A DNA stretch of 64,000 nt, from NCBI GenBank assembly GCA_040285855.1, contig JAUFOQ010000004.1, positions 1,364,001 to 1,428,000 of the forward strand, given 5' to 3'. Within the stretch, counting starts at the first letter, position 1. Each line of letters begins with the position of its first letter. This document shows, in pieces, positions 51,439 to 64,000 of the stretch. The translations under genes were made by a program, and so were the position numbers. Source of the DNA: Eukaryota sp. GEM-RC1 (taxonomy: Eukaryota). Below the pieces are notes generated by a model that saw nothing but the letters and a program-made list of their open reading frames with translations, made no database searches and was not told the origin of the DNA.

Positions 51439-54400
51439 CTATGAAAACTGTGTAACTTTAAAAACATTAATAACACTAAGCAAGGCTAGAAATGCAAAAA
51501 TTAAACGATCAATAGAAACAGAATTGGCAGCCATGAACAACATTAAAATTGTTTGAATTATCAAATATAAAGACAAAGTTAAAAATGACGATGCTACCAT
51601 TAAAATGTAAACAATTAGTGGATAAAAATGATACGTTCTTCGTTGAAGATACAAAACAGAAACAACTGATATACAATGAATGATTAATAAGATAAAGTTG
51701 ATTAACGATTGAGGTGAAACAAGAAAGTGTTGGTGAAGAGTTCCAAAGATGAAATTAATTGAAATCAGAGCAGAAGTAGTCAAGAATGCACTGTGATAAA
51801 ATTTAAATTGTTTCAATTTCCTGAATATAAAGTACGATGAAATAAAGGAAAACAATTGAAAAGATGATGCGACAATAAAGTAAGTATCAATGTCAAATTC
51901 AAATGCTGATAGAATAAATTCAAAGAATACTAGTACAGAACTTGCAGATTTGGTCAAAATTATAGGAATAGAGATCAGTGTTATGAATAACACGTTGGAA
52001 AATCTGGACATTGATTTGAGGACTTGAGCTCTTTGAAATTCTGAAGTTGAAAAGAGAAGAATATCGTGATGATTTTGCACTAATTCTAAAAACTTTAACA
52101 TCGATAAGTCAGTTAAATAAATGGCAAATATTAATATAACCAACATCCCCAATTTGAAAAGATAATATTCTTCACCTATACAGAATATTCTAGTAGATAT
52201 TGAATCGTCAGTACAATACTGACATAAATCTCCATAAGAATAACGAGATTTGCAAGAATTTTCTTCACAATTGAACCAAATATCACACTCATCTAGTTCC
52301 CAAGTAACATTGTTTAACACAAAACCAGGTTCAATGCAAGTCAAATTTCCATATCCACATTCAGCTAAATGAGGACAAGGTAAACAAGCATCTACAGAAT
52401 CTAGAGTGTTTAAAGGACAAACACAATGGTCAAGATCACTAGAACTTTTTTTGAAGAGTAACTCTAGGATAAGGACAAGATCGACATTCTGAATTGAATT
52501 CTGAACTAGAATAATAATTTAGAGAACATCCAACACATTCACCGAGAGAATTAAATTCCATTCCTTTTGGACACAAACAGCCGTTTCCAGAATTCAATTT
52601 AGGCAAGTGACAATCATTTGAAACTAGATCGACAGTCGCCGATCGAGCGAAATAGGAAAATGTAATCGTCATTGATTGAATCGGATCCGTGATTATTTCC
52701 AGATTCTCACCAATAACTAGGACAGCCTGTTCATCAGTTGAACTAGCCACAGTTTCATAAACAGGTATAAGTTCTGAAGAGTTAAGGAAATTGTGTTGAG
52801 TAATTAAGTATATGGAAGGCTTGACCAAAGTACAAGATTTGTCAAAAACGTTTGATTATCACATTCAAGAAGTTCAACAGTTTCTACTGTCAAAATATGA
52901 GTAAACTTTTGAATAATTGTGAAATTTGATTGAACGAATTGGTCTATGAACTGCAGTTCAAGGTAATGATAGTCAAAATTGAAAGTAGAATCAGATGAAA
53001 ATACCAAACTATCTGAAAATAGTTCAAAAGAAGTCCAATTAAAAGTTGAAGTTAGAGTAGTTAAATTACCTTCACACTCAACAACAAATCCAATGGAATC
53101 CATACAAAGTACTGGAATTGTCAAATTCAATGCATAAGAGTAAGATTCCAGATAGTCCTGAACAAACACCAATTCCACGGCTTTACCAGGAGTAAAAGTA
53201 ATAGTAAATGGAGCTTGAGAATAAAAACAATTAGGTGAAATTAGATGAATCGAATAAGAGAGATGAGAAGCAGTAAGAAGATGAGAAGTCATTGAGATTG
53301 AACTTTCAAATTGTTCAATATTAGAATATATTTCATTTCCCATCTTTAATTGAATAGTTTCTTCAATTTCTTCTCCCAATGATGTAATTCCTTTGTTGAT
53401 ATCAACAGGAGTTAGACAAGTATATGACTGATAACCGTAAAACTCCAACTCTAAAAGAAACACGTCATTTCGAGGAATTAAAATAATTTCATCAACTTTT
53501 GGTAGAACATTATCTATTCCACACATCAAAGCAAAGGAAAAACCACTGGGAATTTGTTTACAAGAATATTTTGGTGAAAGAGTTTGATTGTTTACAATTA
53601 GCTCAAAAGGAAGGTTAGCATCAAAATGTTGACAACTGGAATTTGTAGTAATGACAACTTTGAAAATATCAAAAGAAGAATTGAAATTAACTGAAATGGC
53701 ATCACCAGATTTTAAAAATTCAGAACAAAATGATACATCAACATTGCAGCAACGCGATCCATCAAAAACCATGTCAGTAGAGATATTTGAAATATATCGA
53801 GTATTTTGAATTTGGGGATGATGAGAATTTGGTAAGTAACAAACTTCTTCTAAAAAGGCTTCACCATGGACTGAAAAGAGTTAACAAACAACTCTTCAAA
53901 GTAAACGTTTACTGGAACAACAACTTGAAAAGTGGAAATAATTAAATTTCTGCAAATAAATGTAGAATTTGAAACTGTTCCAGGAAAGGTTTTACCTCCA
54001 ACAACACACATAAACTGAGAGTAAAGAAGTCCGATGAAGTCAACTCCAATGTCACGATGTTCATAAACACTGACGTTGTAAATTCTGTATTGAATATTTT
54101 AATATCACCAATAATTTGATTTTTGGAAACCAATATGTTTCCAAGTCCATTGCAGATCACTTTCACCTAATGAGAAACTGAATGAAGAAATGTTAAACGA
54201 ATAAGTGTATGAAAAACGGAAGGTTGCATAATCGTCTTCGAATAATTGAATTTGATCAGATGAAACAATTAAATTTTTGAGTTGAAAGTCGGAGAACAAT
54301 GGACATTTCGAAAGGACAGAAATTTGAACAATCACGTCATCAATGGTTGAAAAGAACAAAGGAGAAGTAATTGAAATGGTAGGTGGAAGCACAACTTCAC

Positions 54401-57400
54401 GTATTAATTGAAAAGAAAATGAACTTTCCAAATATTCAACGTTGAATTCAAATGAAGATTCGCCTTGATTTACACTGAAGAAATTTAAAATAAGTGATCC
54501 GTGTAGAGATTCTTGGTCTAATATTTCACAATTTGAAATACATTCTACAGAAATAGAGTAATTGTACTGATTGAAATTGACTGTAAAAGACTGATGAATA
54601 GCAACTTCATAAAAGAAAGGAAACTGATCGTCAATCAGATCAGTCATCAAGGCAACTGTCAGTGATTGTGGTGATTGGTGTAACGTGATAAAAGGATCAT
54701 CATCATATAATTCAAACACATTTGAGCCCCTTTTAAGGAGCATATTTTGGCGTCCGTGAGACAGATAAATATTTGAAATTTCTTCCAATAATAGAAACTC
54801 AATTCGAGAATCGTTTTGAATGAGCGGAGGTAGAACTAGATAATTGTCGACTTCGAAGGCTAATTTAAGATCAAAAGCAGATGCGAAAGATCTTCCAAAC
54901 GCAATAAAGAATCCAATAGAAATCACGTCAACTTCAAACGTGACTAAATCTTCCTCAACAATAGATAACTCAGATGCTAATTCTCCAAATATAAAACTAC
55001 TCTGTATAGCTGAGTACTCGTAGAAATGAATTCCTTCAACTTCGAGAGAAATTTCATGAACAAAACTAGACTCAAACCACTGAATAAATCGAGGAGAAAT
55101 TGAATTGGGTGAGACAATAAAAGGTAAGTTAAAGATAGGATAACAACCAACTTCACTACATAATTCTAAATCATCAGGATATCCAGGCACTGAAGACATA
55201 AACTCAATGTGAGCAAGATGAGGAGTGGTTTGAAAATTTACAATTTCAATGAAATTTGGTATATCTAAAGTCACTTGGAAATCGTTCAGAGAAACCTCTC
55301 CATAGAGACTATAAACATTGATCTCACAAGGTTGGTTAACAAAGCAAACTAAGGAAGTATTATAAGCTTCTAATGACGTGATTGGCAGTGAAAGAATAAT
55401 AGAAATACCCGTAGTAAATTCAATACGAGTAATAAATCTATTTAGACCAACTAATTCTCCAGTATAAATGATCATTTCATTAGTTGTTAGGTCTTGTACA
55501 ACAGCTGAAGAACCAGACATTTGAATAGTAGAATTTGAAAAACAGTTAAACATTTGACCAAAATATGATCCGAATATTCTCAGAATATTTCCTGAAGGGG
55601 AAAGTACCAATGGGAAAACTCCATGTCTTGGAGCTATAAGTTGAAGTTGAAATACATTACTGGTTTGATTTCCAATTATTACATAAACATTGAAAATGTT
55701 ACTTTCAACTGAACAAACGTAAGGAATATAATGAACAATTTCTTCATGAGAATGATTTGACACACGTGTTGAAGCAATTTCAGAAACTAAAGATGAATAG
55801 TCAAAACTTGTTGAAAGATCTTTACCAATGATTGAAAGCTCTCCGTTCAATAGGAATGGATACGGAGAAACAAAAGAAATGACAGGCTTTTTGAAGCAGT
55901 AAGTAAAGTAAATTATTGAAGAATCTGTCGATCTAGATACGAACATTTCATGACAACCATGACCTTCAAAAGAAGAAATTCAAATTGTCATGATTATTTG
56001 AATAATACGCAAGACTTTCATTTACCCAAGCAGTTGAATGATGAATAACAATAGGATCTATCCCAAGATTAAAAGCAAACAGTGGTACAAATCCACCTCT
56101 AGTTGGAGGTTCTAGACTAACAAACTCAATAGGACAAATGGGAATGAATAAATGTTGGAACGAAAATATTCTGGAAATAGTTAAATTGTAATAAATTGAA
56201 TTATTCATTGGACTGAAGGAAATGCTATCATTTAAAAAGAAGTCAAGAGAATTCAACAGAAAGTTGTGGTAGAATTCATCATTATTAGGAACTGAGAGTT
56301 CTAGTAACTCTGAAAGAAAGTCGATATTATTGAAATTCAGAGAAACTTGACAAATAGACGTGTTACAACAGTATTTCGAAGGAGAAATTGAAATGTTTGA
56401 GAATGTTTGAGAAAGATCTAGAAATGGATCGTTCCCAAACAATAAGTCACGATTAAGTGAAGCAAATTTTGAAATAATTGGATATCCAGAAGAGAATGTA
56501 ATTGATGAATTTTGAGCTGATAGGGAGGATAAGAATAAGACTTCTGTTGAGTTAGTCAGAATAAGTGAAGAGTTGGTGATTTCAAAGTCAGATTTAAAGA
56601 CTGTTTGGTATGTACAACCCGAAAATTTAAAATTATTCAAAAGAACTGAAGAATTCGATATTCTAAAGTAAGGTTCTATTTCTCCAAAAGAAGAAAGTGA
56701 CTTGCATTGTTGAATAGAAACTTTGTCAAAATCAACAAAAGATTTTGAAATACTGAATAAAGAGGTCGATTCAAAGAACTTAACTGAGAGTTGGAAAATA
56801 GAAAGAGAAGAGTCAGAAACTTCAAACAGTGTTAATGACTCAATGTCTTGAATAGTCCAAAGGTGAAGTGAACAAGAAGAATTATAGAGAGTTACAAAAG
56901 AGTCAATCAGAGTGAAATTTTCAAATGCTACATTATTTGACGTAAAAATAGTATCACTAAAATTGAGTGCAGAATATAAAACAATATTTGAAAAAATGGC
57001 GTCGTTCATAATCAGATTGGAAGTAAAAGAATATAGTAAATGATGAGACACGATATTACTGACAGTAAGATTAGAAACAGTGACATTTGATAAAATACAA
57101 TGAATTAAACTTAAATACTCAGAATTATTTTCATCATCAATGAATAGACCAGTAGATTTAGCTGATCTATCTATTCGAAAATTTTGAATCAACACGTCAC
57201 TGTTGAAGGAATACACTATTCTATTTGAAACTTCAAAAAGGCGGCATCAAGTAGAATAAAACTGGTTGTAGTTAAGTCAAAAGAACATCTGACAAGACTG
57301 AAACAATTTCGACATGTACCAAGGAAATTTCACTATCAAATGACGTGATGATGGGAATATTGATGACGTCAGCATGGAAGTTTGTAATGATAAATTGAGA

Positions 57401-60400
57401 ACTAGAAGTGTTGAACATGTAAGGATTTGCTGAATTCGAGAACGTAGAGATAAGAATTTCTAAAGAATTCAATTCAATTTGACTGTTCGTAGCTTGAATC
57501 AGGCAACTTAACTGACAATGAGCAAAGCTTAAAGAAGTTGAATTCATTAAAGAATTTCTCAACACGGAAAATTCATGACTAACACTGGAAGTTTCTAGCG
57601 TAAACATGGACAACACAATAACAGAATCTTTGGAAATGAGAACTGAATTGGTGAGTGTCCTTGATATCATAACTCCTTGACAGTAGAGCTCAGAGGTATC
57701 TAATTTGAGGACATTCGTGACATCAGCATTTACAGCAGTGACGTTGTCAAATCGAAATGAAGATGATACGAGATGAATGAAACTTTCACTTGAATTAATG
57801 GATTTAAGTTTTGCATTAGAAATTGAAGCGGTAGAGTCATTGAAGCTGAGGAAGTTGAAACTCGTGATTTGATCTAAAAGTAAGTGATTAAGGGAAAAAG
57901 TTGATGAAGTCACTGATATTGTTGACGTATCAGACTTGGAATGAAACTTAGACACGCTAACATTTGAAAAGGTGGAATTTGAAAAATTAATGAACATTAA
58001 ACTATCAGCATTAGAACCAAGAATAAGCAAGTCGTTAAATGTAATAAATGATTCATAAGAGAATAAAAGTGGATATGTCAGTTCATCAACGTTAAACTGT
58101 GTGGCCTTAAGAGTTGAACCTAGAACTTTAATTAAAGAATTATTGGTATTAAAAGGACCGGAAATATCAATAGAATGAGCATCGACAGTACTACCAGAAA
58201 TACTAAACAAAGAGTTTGATAAGTCATTGGTTGAGCCAAACTCAACTGAAAAGAGATCAACACGTGATTCAGATATTTGGAAAACTTCAAATAATGTTGA
58301 ATAATACAAATGTAAGTGTTCTACTCGCATTCCAGTCTCCACTGCTTTAATAAATGTAACCAAAGTCGTGGAGTTGTGAACTATCAAAGTATTGACTTCA
58401 ATATCTGACATTGCCGCTATCAAAAATGATTGTGTGTTAGCATTGATTATCTCAGTGTTAATTAGATTGAGAGTTGAGTAATTGAAGTGGAAAGTAACGT
58501 CAGTGAAGGCATTGGAGACTAGTGAGTGATCAATTGAACATGAACTTGAATCTGATAAATTAAGAATTGAGAAAGAATAAATGTCAGTAAAAGAACAGGA
58601 ATTAAAGGTTAATTCAGTAGTTTTTGCATCAATAAGAGACATAGCTCTAATTGTACGAAACCGAACATTGTCAAAGCATGCAGAAGAATTAACAGTTGAA
58701 ATCATATCTAAATTAACACTACATACATTGGAAAAAAAGAAGACCTAATGATTAAAGTAGAATGAGCTGCAGAACCAATTGATCGAGAGCTAACATTGTT
58801 AAAAGAAGTATTTGAAAGCTGGACTTCACTAGAAATGAATTCAAAGAGAGTACAATTAAGTAACTCAAAAGCAAGAAGGTCGCTAACAAAATTGGAATTA
58901 CTTAGATGAATTAATGAAAAATCGTTAGGAGTAGAAAGGTTAAAGAATACCAAATTATTGAAAAGTAGATCGGATCGGTGTCCAATCAAAAATGATTCAA
59001 TCAAAGTGAGATTAGTATCCAAAGTAACGTCATGTAGAATTAAGGTAGAATCATTTAGATCGAAAAAGTTTCCAACTTCGCATCTCCGACTTCAAACAAA
59101 TTGATTGTGACCACTGAATCGTCGGCATTGATAAGTGATTGAGAAGACTCCACGTCGATAATAGAACTATTAGACAAAGAAGCTGAAGAAAAAGTAGGAG
59201 AGATGAAGTGTTCTAAATTTAGATTGTTGAAATGGGAAAGAGTTAGTGAAAATGTTGAATCATTGAAATTGAAGAAAGATTTTGCATAAATCATAGAAAA
59301 CGTTGACCCTTCAATAGTTACATTAGAAAGATTATCTACAGAGACGATTACTTGAACCTCAATAGAATGGAAAGAACTATTTGATATTTCTAATTCAGAA
59401 TTAGAACTAGATATGACAGATGACGAATTGGAATTTGTCAAATAAAGAGCGGAAATTACTGCTGATGAATCCGTAAAAGAGAATATTGAACACTCAATTG
59501 CAGATAATAAGAAATCAACAACTGTGAATTCTGAGCGATTAAACATAAACAGAGGATCACAAGCATCACGTATATAAACAGCATTGATTGAGCTCATTAC
59601 AATAATGCTAAATTCTGAGTAAAGAAATGACTTATTAATTCTCATAATATCAATATCCAAATGATTAATGGTAACATTACTGTTAAATAATTCAAAAACT
59701 AAAGAAGTATTAACCTTAGTCAGGGAAGTAGTATTAAAACTCATAGATCCATAGTCTAAATGAAAAGTGAAGTAAAAGAAGAGTTTTCAATAAGTAAGCT
59801 GTCCATAGAAGCATTGCAATGTAGACATGTTAATATTAAGTTAACATTCGTTTGAGTTAGTATAATTGAAGAGAGATCTAAATGAGAGTCAACAATAATG
59901 AAGAGATTGCTTGAAATTGCAGCTAACTTTGTGTTGATTGAATAGCTTTCACTTGAGTCAATTAAACCTTCATTAATTTGATGAAAATCTAAAAAGTCAA
60001 TAGTTGAATTTGTAGATGTAGTAAGCAAAAATCCGGTAGTTAAAATTGAATCAAAAACCTTAGCCAAATGAAGTTCTAATGTTGAATCAGAAAGATCAAA
60101 AACATGATTGGTAATCAAATTTGATAAGCTCACGTCATTGAGACGAAGAACCGAAGTAGATCCATCAAAAACTGACGTACTATTCATACCAGCAGAACAC
60201 AAGGAATCAACAAACAAGTGACTATTTGTTGGCTCGAAAAGTACATTGAAACTGGAAAATACTACTGAAATATTAAATAATGAGACATTAGAATTAACAA
60301 TAAGAAAACCAAATTCTGCTTGGATATAAGCAATAATGGTATTTTCAATGAAACAACTGTCGACTTTGTTTAAAGAAACTAACGATCCAAATGATTCAGA

Positions 60401-63400
60401 AATATTTAACTTGTTCGAAAACAGCGAACCCTCAATTAAATTGAAGAATCCCAAACTACTTTCTAAATTTGTAGAAGAAATAGAAACAGAATCGATAATA
60501 ATAGAACAATCCGTTGAGAAAAGAAAGGTATTGGAAATTGACATGTGGTGCAACAGAAAATGATTCATAACAATGATTGAATTGGAAACGTGATACACAC
60601 GTGTTGCTGACGTGTTCGACATCATGAAGTCGGAAAATGACAGATCACATTCATTCAAAGTGAACATATTAGTAACAGAAGAATTACTAAGGAATAACCT
60701 TTGGAAAGTGCCAACAGATTGTTTTGTATTAAAAATTCCACAATACTTGACCGAATCAATGAAATATCATTGAACTCTAAAATTGTCGGTTGGGCCAGAA
60801 TTACAGTTTCTAAGTAACTGTCATAAATATTCAAAAATTGATATCCAAAAGATTGACCTCCATTAACTCAATAAGACTTCCAGTTGTATCAAAAATGTCC
60901 ATATCAGTAATAAAAACAGTACCTCTGAGAACATCAAAACACGTGTCACAAGTAACAGTAGAAATGGTTAATTCATTTAGTTCAACTGGACCGTTTGATG
61001 ACTCAATCAGTGACTTACAATTAATATCTTGAAAAACAACGGTTTGGAGGTCAATCTTTGAGTTGGTAACGAAGATGATCGCACTTGAAGAATCAATACT
61101 GAACAGGTTAAATTCGATTAAAATGATTTCAGCATCGTCAGCAGATAGTAACTGATCAATTTTAATTGATGATGAAACTGTAAAACGATCCATAATAAAT
61201 ACACTAGATTTGATTGAAAAGATAATTGAAGTGGTAACAGACTCAAACGACAGTCCATTTTCAATGATTTGACTTTCGACAAGATCAAAAACAGCAAACG
61301 ACAAGTTAGAACTTGAACAAAATGAATGAGACAAAGTAATGTTAGACTTTGTTAATTGAAATAATGATGACGATTTAATATTTAAGAAAGTGCTGTAAGA
61401 AATATCAAATGGTGTGTTGTCAAGAACAAAAGGGGAATCCTTAAAAGATCCAGAAACACTAACATTTTGTATAATTAATTGGGAATTACTAGACCTTAAT
61501 AAACTGGAGGAATTCGACTCGAAGCTGCAGTTTGATAGAAAAACTGTAGATGTATCAGTCAGTATTGTAGTAGAACCAGCTTCATGAAAGATATTTGAAT
61601 TAATTAATTGGATAATGGAATCAACAAAAGAAAAACAACTAGGAGAATGACAAACAATATCAATGTTGGAAAGAGAAAACTTGGAATGTAATACTTCCGA
61701 AAAAGTCTGGTAGATTCCATCAATCACCACGTCACCTAGACCAATCAATTGCCAATCAACGTCAGTTACATCACCCAATCCATTTTTAAAGGTGTAATTC
61801 CCACTATGAAAATAAACCTTCCCTTTTCTTCCCATTCTTTCTACAACTCTATTGAAAGAAGCACAAGGACTATCAAAAGTTCCACAACAAGGATCATCAA
61901 CGCCAGTGGTAGAGATGTAAGAAGTTTGATTTAAGTCGAGTACATTATCATTGACAGAGACAATTAGAGAAGTTTCTGAATAGATGGTAGTAATAAGTGA
62001 ATTACATGGACTAATAACATCAAGGAACTTACCATTAATTAGACCAGATTCTATAATGGTGTAGTTATTCCCAGTTGAATCATACATTGTTTCAAATTCT
62101 ATTTCTAATATTCCATCTAAATAAGCAGTTGAACCAATAATTAATTGAGTAAAAGAATCACCACTATTGATTTGAATAGAGACGATTGAAGAAGGTAACA
62201 GAGCAAGGCTATCATCAAATATAATTAAAGGCAAAGGAATGAGTTTTCCAGCATTCGAGGTATTGTTGAAAACTGTTCCTGATCCCTTTAAAATTTGGAA
62301 TACTGACAAATCCAAATTTTGATCTAAAATGACGTTTGCATCTGACAATACGATACCAGCATCAGAAGTGAATGTAGTTGTAGATAACGAAACGAAATTT
62401 CTCATCAAAACATCAGAATGACAAGTGAAAGAACCACTAGAAGATTGGAATTGTGAAACTGACACATCATCAAGAATTAGGTGACTGAAGAAATCAAAAG
62501 AATTTGCCAATTGAACTTGACCAGTGATTGATGAATTATCTACTGATGCTTGAACAGATAAAGAAGATGAGAAATTTCCTGAATTAATCTCAGAATATTT
62601 TTCTACTGACAATGGCGAACTTCCAAGTATTTGGCAATGAAAACAAGAGAAATAAGCAACAATAGTCTGAGTACTTGAAGCTGACTCAAAAGTTGAAAAT
62701 GATAAATCTAAAATATGAATAATAGCTGAGTCAAAATCATTCTGAAAATGACTGTTAATAGCGATCAAAATAACAGTTGATGACGAGATATCTACTGAAT
62801 CATCATAGAAGAGCTCACTGGAATTTAAGGTTATATGGATGCTATCAGAATTAATTTTTGAGTCTTCACTTAAGCTCATAATCGATTCACTGTTGAGCTC
62901 GACTTGCTCTGAATTTTCAAAAGTAAAGTTATTTAATTGTAAGTTTGATGAAATCAAAGAAACTGAACTGATGTATATTTTTGCTGATACAAACAAAATG
63001 TTTGAATCAACAAATGAAAGGTGTCCCCAATCAACTTGAGGGTTATAAAAACTCAACTCATTAATCTCATCACTGGATAGAGTAGTGGTGGAAAAATGGC
63101 GTCATGAACAACACTTGAATTAATTAATTGAAAGGTTGAGTCAGGTAGTGAAAAACAGAAGAGCGAATAGCAGAAAAGATCAACGTTTGAAAGAGATAGA
63201 TTGGTGCTTACTATCTCAAGTAAAGTCTCGTCAAATGCTTCCAATCACCACGTCACCGAGACCAATCACTTCCCAATCAACGTCATGTACATTCCCCAAT
63301 CCATTGTTAAAAGTGTAATTTCCACTATGAAAATAAACCTGCCCTTTTCTGCCCATTCTGTCTAAAACTCCTTTAAAAGAAGCACAAGGACTATCAAAAG

Positions 63401-64000
63401 TTCCACAACAAGGATCATCAATGCCAGTAGTAGAAACGTAAGCGGTTTGATTTAAGTCGAGTACATTATCATTGACAGAGACAACTAGAGAAGTTTCTGA
63501 ATAGATAGTAGTAATAAGTGAATTACAGGGACTAATAACATCATGAAACTTACCATTAATTAGACCAGATTCTATAATAGTGTAGTTATTCCCAGTTGAA
63601 TCATACATTGTTTCAAATTCTATTTCTAATATTCCATCTAAATAAGCAGTTGAACCAATAATTAATTGAGTAAAAGAATCACCACTATTGATTTGAATAG
63701 AGACGATTGAAGAAGGTAACAGAGCAAGGCTATCATCAAATATAATTAAAGGCAAAGGAATGAGTTTTCCAGCATTCGAGGTATTGTTGAAAACTGTTCC
63801 TAATCCTCTTAAAATTTGGAATACTGACAAATCCAAATTTTGCTCTAAAATGACGTTTGCATCTGACAATAAGATACCAGCAAACGAATTGAATGTAGTT
63901 GTAGATAATGTAACGAAATTTTTCATCAAAACATCAGAATGACAAGTGATTGAACCACTAGAAGACTGGAATTCTGAAACTGACACGTCATCAAGAATCA
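51439..64000 (-). CDS. Giant surface receptor-like protein, copy 2; 5' part lies beyond the window
   Basis: ORFs 51439-63986 are colinear paralogs of 23431-36000, with the same TM tail (..NVFKVTQFS), Cys-rich module and DDPCCGTFDSPCASF repeats at ~61884 and ~63404. Confidence 0.85.

Larger units (their letters stand above)
49150..64000. repeat. Segmental tandem duplication, copy 2 (runs off the window)
   Basis: Colinear with 19896-36010. Confidence 0.95.

Noticed and set aside
23431..64000. Programmed ribosomal frameshifting or pseudogenisation to explain the many frame breaks, some shared by both copies (e.g. ~31755/59760, ~32830/60835)
   Set aside because: Breaks sit almost entirely in homopolymer runs, many are present in only one copy, and they also hit essential genes such as SF3B3 and profilin. 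Systematic long-read homopolymer error explains them; short-read polishing would settle it.

Overview
AT-rich, gene-dense DNA from a unicellular eukaryote. Tiny 28-35 nt spliceosomal introns with the branch point fused to the 3' AG suggest a metamonad-like protist (inference). Most genes are split by single-base indels in homopolymer runs, most likely long-read assembly errors. The first 20 kb holds SF3B3 (partial), a ZNFX1-like helicase/E3 with four inserted CCCH fingers, an LCAT/PLA2G15-type lipase with an inserted B-box, a 612-bp TA-flanked MITE beside tRNA-Ile(AAT), PP2C, a NEK-like kinase, a choline/ethanolamine phosphotransferase, profilin and an RWP-RK transcription factor. From 20 to 64 kb lies a ~28-29 kb tandem duplication. 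Each unit pairs RWP-RK sequence with a giant (~22.5 kb, ~7,500 aa) minus-strand surface-receptor-like gene: signal peptide, three LamG domains, an RCC1 propeller, four ~507-aa repeats, a long Ser/Phe-rich beta-solenoid-like stalk, TIG-like and ephrin-receptor-like Cys-rich modules, and a multi-TM tail. A decayed MULE transposase sits at the duplication junction. The two copies and the internal repeats show patchwork identity suggestive of ongoing gene conversion.
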